DNA of 64,000 bases. It comes from an uncultured Clostridia bacterium (GTDB taxonomy: Bacteria; Bacillota; Clostridia; Christensenellales; UBA1242). The stretch's first letter is position 1. Each line of letters starts with the position of its first letter. The stretch lies in contig CALWMK010000001.1 in the NCBI GenBank assembly GCA_944381825.1, positions 13,598 to 77,597 on the forward strand, written 5' to 3'. The position numbers were made by a program, and so were the translations under genes. Of this stretch, positions 28,544 through 36,885 are shown piece after piece. The notes below the pieces were generated by a model that was not told the DNA's origin, made no database searches, and was given only the letters and a program-made list of their open reading frames with translations.

Positions 28544-29860
28544 TTATGTCAACTTCAAATCATTTTCTGTTTCGCTTTCAAAGTCTTGCACAATATCGTT
28601 TGAACTCACATTATCTACAACCCCATGTTCAATAGGCGCCCAAGTTGCATCTTTACAAAAAACCGCCTTAATTGCATGAGAAATATATAACAAAGCAAAA
28701 TATGGGTTAAGTAGTACAATTTTTATTGAATTCAAAAAACCAAACTTCATCTTCTTCTTTTCTGCCAAAATTTGCAAAAAGGTATAAAAACTTAAGAATA
28801 AATAAGTAATTAATAAAGCAATTAGCAAACATTTAAAAGCATAATTTACATAAGATGCCTGAGAAAATAGACCGTAAACGAAAATCGAAAGCATTGCAAT
28901 GCTATAACAAATTATTGAAGCTATAGCAATTATATTAGGAATAACTCCCAAAGCAATATCCATTTTACCAGCTTTATTTTTTTCTTTTGAAAACAATTTT
29001 TTTCTAATTTTGCCAGCATAAAGATTTCTGCTTTGCATAAAGCCTTTTATCCACCTGACCCTTTGTTTGTTCAAAGTTTTTAGGTTTGTAGGTTGTTCAT
29101 CATAAAACATTGCAGTTGGAACATATTCAGAACGAATATTATTCAAACAACAATATAATGAAAGTTCATAATCTTCTGTGAGGGTATGAAATGGCCATCC
29201 TTTAAAATTTTCAATTATTTTTCCATCTAAAAAAAGTCCAGTTCCACTTACAATAATGTTTTTTGTCAGTTTTGTTCTCGCCTTGTTTTGAAAAGTGTTT
29301 ATTCCTGAAAAGGTAAGAGCAGAACAATCAGCAACCCAATTTCCAGGTTGATTTAAAGAGTTTCTATATCCCATTCCAAGACACACTCCATTTTGGAAAG
29401 CCTTGTTCATTTCTTCAACAAAATTATCACAAATCACATTATCAGCATCTAAAATCATATAGGCATCAAAAGTTTTGCCTTGATTAATAATATCTTTCAC
29501 TGCTTCATCTAAAGCATAACCCTTTCCAATATTTTCTAAATGTTTTCTAATAAAAATATTATAGCCAAATTCTTTTACAATTTGAATTGTTTTATCTTTT
29601 TTATCCTCTACAATAACAAAAGTTTCAATTAATTCGGAAGGATAATTTTGAGTCTTTATAGAAGATAACAGCCTTCTAATAACCTTACTTTCATTTTTAG
29701 CTGCGATTAAAATTGCAAACTTTGCCTTTTTATTTGTTTCAGGCTGAATAACATCTTTGGTAAAACCAAAAAAAACATAAATTATCCTATAAAATCCAAC
29801 TAAAAACAACAGTAAAAGTGCACCCAGCATAATTTTGTTTACAATGTCAATTGCGACCAT
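28544..29860 (-). CDS. Membrane-embedded processive family-2 glycosyltransferase (synthase type), 438 aa.
   Basis: N-terminal TM segment, a GT-A core with ILDADN, the QRVRW (QxxRW) processivity motif, and C-terminal TM helices. The start is moved to ATG 29858-29860 behind GGAG. Confidence 0.75.
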   Translation of the reverse strand: MVAIDIVNKIMLGALLLLFLVGFYRIIYVFFGFTKDVIQPETNKKAKFAILIAAKNESKVIRRLLSSIKTQNYPSELIETFVIVEDKKDKTIQIVKEFGYNIFIRKHLENIGKGYALDEAVKDIINQGKTFDAYMILDADNVICDNFVEEMNKAFQNGVCLGMGYRNSLNQPGNWVADCSALTFSGINTFQNKARTKLTKNIIVSGTGLFLDGKIIENFKGWPFHTLTEDYELSLYCCLNNIRSEYVPTAMFYDEQPTNLKTLNKQRVRWIKGFMQSRNLYAGKIRKKLFSKEKNKAGKMDIALGVIPNIIAIASIICYSIAMLSIFVYGLFSQASYVNYAFKCLLIALLITYLFLSFYTFLQILAEKKKMKFGFLNSIKIVLLNPYFALLYISHAIKAVFCKDATWAPIEHGVVDNVSSNDIVQDFESETENDLKLT

Positions 29861-29974
29861 TTTTATCTCCAAATTGTATTTATAATTAAATTATTTTCAA
29901 TTTAAGTATAAATTATAATAAATTTTAAGTCAACGACATTTATCGACAAAAAAATATTATTAAATTTTTAGATA

Positions 29975-30006
29975 TAAAAAACTTCAAAATAAATTTTATT
30001 TTGAAG
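29975..30006 (-). terminator. Intrinsic terminator of asnS.
   Basis: 10-bp stem CTTCAAAATA/TATTTTGAAG followed by a T-run on the minus strand. Confidence 0.6.
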
Positions 30007-30066
30007 TCAAACTATTTGAATTTTTTTTATATTTACAATTTTCCTGCGATATTATCTCTTCGTCAC

Positions 30067-31431
30067 CTAAAAATCACAATTACCCGGAGTTCTGAAATAA
30101 GGTAAAACATCTCGAATATTATCAACACCTGTAACAAGCATGATAAGTCTTTCAAAACCCATACCAAACCCGGAATGAAAACATCCGCCATATCTTCTTA
30201 AGTCTTTATACCAATTAATTGTTTGAGGAATGTGACAAGCCCTCATCCTTTCTTCAAGCAGTTCCAACCTAACCTCTCTTTCACTTCCGCCCATAAGTTC
30301 CCCACTATTAGGGACTATCAAATCTACTGCAGCCACTGTTTTGTTATCGTCATTAAGCTTCATATAAAAAGCCTTAGCTTCTTTTGGCCAATCTTTAATA
30401 AATACTGGAGATTTAAAATGCTTTTCTGTTAAGAATTTTTCGTGTTCCCTTCCTATATCTTCTCCATATGCCGCCTTCAATTTAAATTCATCGTTATGTT
30501 TTTCTAAAATTTCTACCGCTTGTTTATAACTCACAACTGGAAAATTCCCTTTTTCTATATTACTTAATCTTTCCAAAAGCCCGTTACTAACAAATTTATC
30601 AAAAAATTCAAGTTCCTCTTTGGCTGTGTTTTTTATCTCTTTAATTACATTAACTAAAAAGTCTTCTTCAATTTTAATCAACTCATCTAAATGACAAAAC
30701 GCAATTTCAGGTTCAATCATCCAAAACTCTGCCGCATGAGTTTTTGTATTTGAATTTTCGGCTCTAAAAGTAGGACCAAAAGTGTAAATCTTTTTAAAAG
30801 CCATTGCAAAAGTCTCACCTTCAAGTTGACCAGTTACCGCTAAAAATGCTTTTTTACCAAAAAAATCTTCTTTAAAATTGAGTTCTTTACAGTTTTTTTC
30901 ATTATTAAGTAAGGTTGTAACTTGAAAAGTATTACCAGCACCTTCACCATCGTTTGCTGTAAGAATTGGAGTGTGAACATAAGTGTAGCCTCTAGTATTA
31001 AAATAATTATGAATTGCATAAGCAAGCTTGCTTCTTACCTTAAAAATGGCTTGATATAAATTTGTTCTCATTCTAAGATGGGCAACTTCTCTTAAAAATT
31101 CGGTAGTATGTCTTTTGGGCTGTATAGGAAAGTCCTCATCACAATCTGCAATCAACTCCACATCATTTGCCAAAAGTTCAAACTTGTTTTTATCGTTAAA
31201 CGCATGCTCAAGCTTACCACTCACGCAAATGGCACTTCCAATCTTGATGTTTTGGACTTTATCAAAATTTTTTGTGTTCATATCGTAAACAACTTGTAAA
31301 ACACCAAATTTTGTTCCGTCATATAAATCAATAAACCCCATTTCTTTTTGCTTTCTGTGGTTTCTTACCCAACCACAAACAGAAATTTGACTATCAATAA
31401 ACTTTTCTGAAATATCTTTTAAGTCTAACAT
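30067..31431 (-). CDS. asnS: Asparaginyl-tRNA synthetase (class IIb).
   Basis: 454 aa with AsnRS-like motifs FRAENSNT..HAAEFWMIEPE and GFGMGFERL. AGGAG RBS. Confidence 0.9.
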   Translation of the reverse strand: MLDLKDISEKFIDSQISVCGWVRNHRKQKEMGFIDLYDGTKFGVLQVVYDMNTKNFDKVQNIKIGSAICVSGKLEHAFNDKNKFELLANDVELIADCDEDFPIQPKRHTTEFLREVAHLRMRTNLYQAIFKVRSKLAYAIHNYFNTRGYTYVHTPILTANDGEGAGNTFQVTTLLNNEKNCKELNFKEDFFGKKAFLAVTGQLEGETFAMAFKKIYTFGPTFRAENSNTKTHAAEFWMIEPEIAFCHLDELIKIEEDFLVNVIKEIKNTAKEELEFFDKFVSNGLLERLSNIEKGNFPVVSYKQAVEILEKHNDEFKLKAAYGEDIGREHEKFLTEKHFKSPVFIKDWPKEAKAFYMKLNDDNKTVAAVDLIVPNSGELMGGSEREVRLELLEERMRACHIPQTINWYKDLRRYGGCFHSGFGMGFERLIMLVTGVDNIRDVLPYFRTPGNCDF

Positions 31432-31716
31432 TTTAGCTCCTTTAAATTTAAATTTGTCAAAACCATTTCATTAATAACCATAACAAACTATTAATCAGTC
31501 ACAAAAATCATATTTATTTTTGAAAATTTTTTCTTATAGTGAACCTGACAAGCTTATCATTTTAATTGTTTAAACATTTACAGTTGACAAACTTTGTACT
31601 ATAAGACACTTCTCGTAAAATAACTCTTAAAATGGCACATAAACATAATAATTAATAACTAATATAAGATATTTAATCACTTTAAAATAAATTTGTCAAT
31701 AATTTGTTATAAACAC

Positions 31717-31745
31717 TTGCAAATCAACTTAAGTTATGCTACTAT
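31717..31745 (+). promoter_or_regulatory. Sigma-A promoter of tRNA-Leu: TTGCAA, 17 nt spacer, TACTAT.
   Basis: The hexamers were read directly. The -10 ends 15 nt before the tRNA 5' end. Confidence 0.55.
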
Positions 31746-31760
31746 TTAAAAGCACAAAAT

Positions 31761-31846
31761 GCCGAAGTGGTGGAATGGCAGACGCGTCGGACTCAAAATC
31801 CGATGTTGGCAACAACGTGCGGGTTCAAGTCCCGCCTTCGGCACCA
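31761..31846 (+). tRNA. tRNA-Leu(CAA), class II with a long variable arm and encoded CCA.
   Basis: Acceptor stem GCCGAAG/CTTCGGC. Anticodon stem TCGGA/TCCGA with loop CTCAAAA. T-arm GGGTTCAAGTCCC. 3' terminal ACCA. Confidence 0.92.
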
Positions 31847-31858
31847 TGAATATATTAT

Positions 31859-31890
31859 ACGAACCCAAGTTTTTGTGAGTTCGTTTTTTT
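31859..31890 (+). terminator. Intrinsic terminator after tRNA-Leu.
   Basis: Stem ACGAAC...GTTCGT followed by T7. Confidence 0.65.
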
Positions 31891-32006
31891 ATAAATTTGG
31901 AGTTAAAGATAATAAACATAAAATTCTTTTAGCCATATTCAAAACCCATTTGACTTTTACTTTTAAGTTTGAGTTTTTATCAAAAGAGATTTTTTATGGT
32001 GATGTT

Positions 32007-32192
32007 GAAGATGATACAAAAAAAGTTGCAGCAGGTTTAAAAAAATATAAAAATAAGAAAGTAACACTTCTTGTTAAACAAAAAAATTCAAATATATTAG
32101 AAGATGACACAAATAAAGTCGCTAAAGGTTTGAAAAAATATAAAGATGAAGAAGTAACACTTCTTGTTAATGACAACACTCTTACAATGTAA
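32007..32192 (+). repeat. Two imperfect tandem copies of a 93-bp (31-codon) unit inside an ORF that has no credible start.
   Basis: Copies at 32007-32099 and 32100-32192 encode EDDTKKVAAGLKKYKNKKVTLLVKQKNSNIL and EDDTNKVAKGLKKYKDEEVTLLVNDNTLTM*. Confidence 0.7.
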
Positions 32193-32200
32193 TTGTTCAA

Positions 32201-32229
32201 CACTTGCAAAATTTTGCAAGTGTTTTTTT
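32201..32229 (+). terminator. Intrinsic terminator.
   Basis: Stem CACTTGCAAA/TTTGCAAGTG followed by T7. Confidence 0.7.
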
Positions 32230-32276
32230 GTTTGAGAAAACCACCGGACTATCCGGTGGTTTTCTCAAACAAAAAA
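32224..32276. repeat. 53-nt perfect inverted repeat (24-bp stem, 5-nt loop) with a GC-rich core. Its T-run-first, A-run-last layout is not that of a canonical terminator.
   Basis: TTTTTTGTTTGAGAAAACCACCGG-ACTAT-CCGGTGGTTTTCTCAAACAAAAAA, paired base by base by hand. Confidence 0.8.
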
Positions 32277-32375
32277 TCGCCCTATTTATTTGGAGTGCAC
32301 CCTAAAAGTTAGACTTTTTTGGGTGCATTTCAATTTGAATGGTGATTTTTTATAGTACTTCCACACAAGTTCGCA

Positions 32376-32759
32376 TTACTTTTCTCTTATATTCAAGACA
32401 GTTGCTTTTTCATGGTTAAACTTAGTTAACTTTTTAGCCTTTAAAACAAGTGCATTAATATCAATAAATTTTTCTGGGACTTGTGAAATCTTTTTATCAA
32501 ATTCATTAATTGAAATATTAAAATGCTCATCTTCATATTCATAAGTTTTCAAAACACATTTTTTATCCACCTCATTACACCAAGCATAAACTCTATTTCC
32601 GGCATCCACACCTGTTATGAAATATAATTCATAACCAAAATCTTCTCTTTTTCTTATAATAGCAAAGTCAATTTGATAATAGAACACACCTTTATTATCA
32701 CAAGCTAAACTACTCAATTTTATAATTTTATTGGCTGGAATTTTTGTTATAAAGTTCAT
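32376..32759 (-). CDS. Hypothetical protein, 127 aa.
   Basis: ORF in the track. No motif recognised. Confidence 0.5.
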   Translation of the reverse strand: MNFITKIPANKIIKLSSLACDNKGVFYYQIDFAIIRKREDFGYELYFITGVDAGNRVYAWCNEVDKKCVLKTYEYEDEHFNISINEFDKKISQVPEKFIDINALVLKAKKLTKFNHEKATVLNIREK

Positions 32760-33049
32760 GTTAACTCCTTTTAGTTAAACTTCGTTTTTTTGAAATATTT
32801 TTAAATCTTGTTTTAAAAATCTAAAATTACCATTCAATTATAAATTATATCTTTCCACTTCCACACTTTTATAAATCCCAAAAATCAATCATCAATTTAA
32901 AGCAATTAAAATTAATTAAAGATTCTTTTAATATTATTGAAAAATACGCATTAAACAATGCTTTAATGATGTCAGAATACAAAAACTCTCTTAAATATTG
33001 TAAAAACTAAAAGAAAAAAACTTAAAATCATCAATATAAATCAAACACA

Positions 33050-33418
33050 TTATAATGTTTGTTCAGAATCTTCTTTATTTAATGCCTTATTTAAGCTAGA
33101 ATTCAAATATGATTCATAATTACCCAGCCAAATCATGCAAGCTTTTTTGTTTTCATCTGATTTGTTTTTCTTGTAATTTGAACATGCTTCATCAATTTTA
33201 CTTTCAAAGAAAGCTATGGTGTTATTGGCATTTTTCTTTGTAGATTTATTCAAACCATATACCTTGGTTTTATCTCCATATAAATAATTATATAATTTTT
33301 TTCTATACTTTGCAATATCTTTAGAGTCAGTTAGCATTTCTTCAACCAATTCTTTAGTTTCGCCTATTTCTTTTAAATCTTTTTTACTAAGCTTTTTAAC
33401 ATTAGAAATTTTTTTCAT
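33050..33418 (-). CDS. Hypothetical Lys-rich protein, 122 aa.
   Basis: ORF in the track. The start is moved to MKKISNVKK (ATG 33416-33418), which has a GGGG-type RBS. Confidence 0.5.
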   Translation of the reverse strand: MKKISNVKKLSKKDLKEIGETKELVEEMLTDSKDIAKYRKKLYNYLYGDKTKVYGLNKSTKKNANNTIAFFESKIDEACSNYKKNKSDENKKACMIWLGNYESYLNSSLNKALNKEDSEQTL

Positions 33419-33569
33419 AATAACCCCTTTTATATAATATATGATATCACAAAAAAATTTTGTAGTCAATATTTGTTCTAATATCAATTTTAATAATTAA
33501 TAATTTGACAATAAGTTACAAACTTATGATGTTAAAAAAATCTTTTATTTTTCAATCTATTGTTCTATA

Positions 33570-34499
33570 TCATTTTTGTTTTGTGTGCTGTGTTTTTTTA
33601 AAGTATAAAAATCTAAAAAACAAATAACAAAAAATTGTTATAAATCCTCCAAAAACCACATCACTAAAATAATGTGCGCCCATAACAATTCTGCTTAAAG
33701 CTACTAGAATAATCCACAAGATAATAGTTGTGTTTAAAATAATTTCATTTCTTTTTAATTTTAAGTTTGGAAACAAATCAAATAAAAATAACAAACAAAC
33801 AAGGCTTGCTCCAGAAGTGGTGTGACCAGACGGAAAAGATTTAAAAGCATCACTTCCTATACCCACAACATCAATAATGTTCTTGTTTGGTAAATACCAA
33901 GGAGTGTACCCCGAAAATGAGGTGTCGTTCAAAAGCTTTATGGTTCGGAATCTTTCACGGGTAAAAATTGGCTTTAAACCTTGGGTTATAGCATTTGATA
34001 GAGCAATTACTAAAATGGAAAGAATGGCAAAATTTAATAATTTTTGAAGCACAGTTGCATTTAAGTTTTTAAATATTAAAAAAATCAAAAATGTAATTAC
34101 AAAAGAAAAAACAATAAAAATTGTCAAAATATAGGGCTCATAGATAAAATTTTTAATATTTATATGTTTAAAAACATAACCAAAAGCCTTAAAAAATAAA
34201 AGAAACATAGCGCCACAAGCCAAAATATAAAAAATTAATTTTACAAAAAAATTAATCTTTTTATTTTTATAATTAACATTAAGCATAATAATTAAAGCAC
34301 AACAACAAGCTAATATATAAACAGGCAATTCGCCTATCACTTCAAAAACTAATCCGAAATAATTTTTACTATAGTATTCACCAAATTGTAAATCTGCCAA
34401 ACTCTTGCTAATTTGCAAATCAAAAAAAGTGCCTATCAAGACTAAGATAATAAACACTAAAAACATAACAAGGGGAAAAATCCATCTTTTTGTTTTCAT
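33570..34499 (-). CDS. PAP2-family membrane phosphatase.
   Basis: Polytopic membrane protein with the PAP2 signature PSGHT ... SRIVMGAHYFSDV. Confidence 0.8.
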   Translation of the reverse strand: MKTKRWIFPLVMFLVFIILVLIGTFFDLQISKSLADLQFGEYYSKNYFGLVFEVIGELPVYILACCCALIIMLNVNYKNKKINFFVKLIFYILACGAMFLLFFKAFGYVFKHINIKNFIYEPYILTIFIVFSFVITFLIFLIFKNLNATVLQKLLNFAILSILVIALSNAITQGLKPIFTRERFRTIKLLNDTSFSGYTPWYLPNKNIIDVVGIGSDAFKSFPSGHTTSGASLVCLLFLFDLFPNLKLKRNEIILNTTIILWIILVALSRIVMGAHYFSDVVFGGFITIFCYLFFRFLYFKKTQHTKQK

Positions 34500-34658
34500 A
34501 ACTACCTCTTTTGTATAAATTTTTGAGTCTTTTTAACATTTTTATCATGTCTATTTAGCATTAGTTTATGTTCACTTTTTATGCAATATATTTTTTAAAA
34601 ATTTTAAAAATCATATTAAAAAATAAACAATTTTATAATAAAATTGTTTATTTAAATT

Positions 34659-36128
34659 TTACTTCATTAAAGGGAACAAAACAACATCACGAATAGAAGG
34701 TTGGTCGAATAAAATTGTCATAAGCCTATCAACTCCGAATCCCAATCCACTAATTGGTGGCATTCCATGTTCCATAGCAAGCAAGAAATCTTCATCAACT
34801 TCCATTGCTTCATCATCACCAAGTTTTTTTGCAAGTGCTTGTTCATTTAAAGTTTCTCTTTGAACAATTGGATCAACAAGTTCGGAATAAGCTTTACAAA
34901 TTTCATTTCCACAAACTAAAACTTGGAACATATCAATCAATTTGCCATTTTTGTCATTTCGTCTTGCAAGAGGCACAAGACAAGCTGGATAATTGTACAA
35001 AATTGTTGGATTTATAATGTTTTCTCTAACTTTGCGTTTGTAAACAAAATCAATTACACCACCCATGGTTTTAATGCCGTTAAAATCATTTTCATTAAAC
35101 AACTTAGTTTGAACAACTTTTTCAACAAGTTCATCGCGTGAGTTACACTCTAAAAAGTCAAAACCTAGAATTTCTTTTAAACGTTCGGTATAATTTATCC
35201 TTTCCCATTCTCCAGAAAAATCTAAGGTATGACCCTGAAATTCAATTATTTCACTACCTCTAATTTTGTTAAGTAAATTTTTAATAAATTTTTTAAAAAA
35301 ACAAATGTTATCTTCAAAATTCCAATATGAAGCATACCATTCAACCATGGTGAATTCTTGAAGATGTTGAGTATCCATACCCTCATTTCTAAAGCATTTT
35401 GCAACCTCAAAAACCCTATCGAAGCCCCCAGCAATCACCTGTTTTAAATAAGTTTCTGGAGCTATTCTCAAATTACAAATTTTATCTAGAGCATTATGTT
35501 TTGTAAAAAATGGTTTTGCACTTGCCCCGCAAACTGCGCTTTGTAAAATAGGTGTTTCAACCTCCATAAATCCATTATCATATAAAAAGTTTCTTAGTTC
35601 TCTTAAAAGAATGCTTCTTCCAACAAAAACCTCTCGAGCCTGTTGGTTTGAAATTAAGTCAAGATATCTTTGACGATACCTAAGTTCGGTATTAGAAAGC
35701 CCATGAAATTTTTCTGGCAAGGGTCTTAATGCTTTAGCTAATAAAATAACTTTTTCTGCCCTCACCGTAATTTCGCCTGTTTGAGTTTGATAAAGTTCAC
35801 CTTCAACACCAACAAAGTCGGCAATATCAATCATTTTTTTATAAAATTCATAATCCTCTTCTTTAAGTTCGTTTACACCAACACTAACTTGAATTTTATC
35901 TTCCACATCTCTAATTTGCATAAAGCCAAATTTGCCCATAATTCTTCTAAAAACAATTCTGCCACAAATTTTAACTTTTGTGCCCATTTCCAAATTTCTC
36001 GCCTCGTTAATTTTATGGGTTCTTTCAAATCTTTCCTTGTAAACAACAATATCCTTGTTTTTTAACAATCTGATTTTTTCGATTCTAATATCAATTTCAT
36101 TAGAAAGATTTTCGTTATTATTTTCCAT
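34659..36128 (-). CDS. lysS: Lysyl-tRNA synthetase, class II (IIb).
   Basis: LysRS-II-like with FRNEG and GLGFGVDRL motifs. The second ATG (36126-36128) has a GGAGA RBS. The track ORF begins at 36140. Confidence 0.9.
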   Translation of the reverse strand: MENNNENLSNEIDIRIEKIRLLKNKDIVVYKERFERTHKINEARNLEMGTKVKICGRIVFRRIMGKFGFMQIRDVEDKIQVSVGVNELKEEDYEFYKKMIDIADFVGVEGELYQTQTGEITVRAEKVILLAKALRPLPEKFHGLSNTELRYRQRYLDLISNQQAREVFVGRSILLRELRNFLYDNGFMEVETPILQSAVCGASAKPFFTKHNALDKICNLRIAPETYLKQVIAGGFDRVFEVAKCFRNEGMDTQHLQEFTMVEWYASYWNFEDNICFFKKFIKNLLNKIRGSEIIEFQGHTLDFSGEWERINYTERLKEILGFDFLECNSRDELVEKVVQTKLFNENDFNGIKTMGGVIDFVYKRKVRENIINPTILYNYPACLVPLARRNDKNGKLIDMFQVLVCGNEICKAYSELVDPIVQRETLNEQALAKKLGDDEAMEVDEDFLLAMEHGMPPISGLGFGVDRLMTILFDQPSIRDVVLFPLMK

Positions 36129-36241
36129 TAGTTTCTCCATGAAAAATAATTTAACATATTGTTAATGCTTTGTCAAATGATGTTTTCAACTATAATAAAA
36201 CGATATATAAATTTAAGACATTTATGAATTTTAAATTATTA

Positions 36242-36787
36242 TTACACTTTTAATTTGTAAAAATTAAAATTTTTTTGAAGTTTTTCTATATATAAATTAG
36301 TTTCTTTATATGGAATTTTAATTAGTGTTTTACCATCTTGACTATAATTTTTATCAGATAACCAATTTGAAACCACTCCTTCACCAGCATTATAAGCACA
36401 AAGTGCAGTGTTTAAATTCGAAAATTTATCTAATAAATATTTTAAATAAAAAGTTCCAATTTCAATGTTAAGAGCTGGGTCATATAACATTTGAGTTGAA
36501 AAATTATCAATGCTAATTTTTTTTGCCAACCACTCTCCGGTGCTAGGCAAAATTTGCATAAGACCAATTGCTCCTTTGTTTGAGAGGGCTTTTTCATTAT
36601 ATGAACTTTCAACATTAATTACACTTGCTACAATATAAGACGAAACTGAATATTTATCTGAAAATTTTTTTATTTCATTTTTAAATTTTATAGGATAATT
36701 CCAAGTCAAATAAATTAAAAATATAAAAATGCTAATAAAAATACTTAAAAAAATTAATCCTGTAATTTTAAAAACTTTTGCTTTCAT
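36242..36787 (-). CDS. Membrane-anchored lytic transglycosylase (SLT domain).
   Basis: N-terminal TM segment, then ESSYNEKALSNKGAIGLMQILPSTGEW and AYNAGEG motifs typical of the SLT family. Confidence 0.8.
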   Translation of the reverse strand: MKAKVFKITGLIFLSIFISIFIFLIYLTWNYPIKFKNEIKKFSDKYSVSSYIVASVINVESSYNEKALSNKGAIGLMQILPSTGEWLAKKISIDNFSTQMLYDPALNIEIGTFYLKYLLDKFSNLNTALCAYNAGEGVVSNWLSDKNYSQDGKTLIKIPYKETNLYIEKLQKNFNFYKLKV

Positions 36788-36885
36788 ATAATATATTTTT
36801 ATCTTTTTTTTTATATTTTATCACTAAAAAATTATAAAAATATTTTATAATATAATATTATATTTAAATTTATAATTAAAACAAA

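Noticed and set aside
31432-31760. Possible T-box leader upstream of asnS, and similarly upstream of aspS and lysS.
   Set aside because: I could not find the conserved T-box sequence (AAnnnGGGUGGUACCGCG type) or a specifier/terminator architecture. The aspS and lysS spacers are also too short.
31767-31890. The N-terminal part of the 141-aa track ORF (MVEWQTRRTQNPMLATTCGFKSRLRHH).
   Set aside because: It is a translation straight through tRNA-Leu and its terminator. Only the distal repeat part is kept as an observation.
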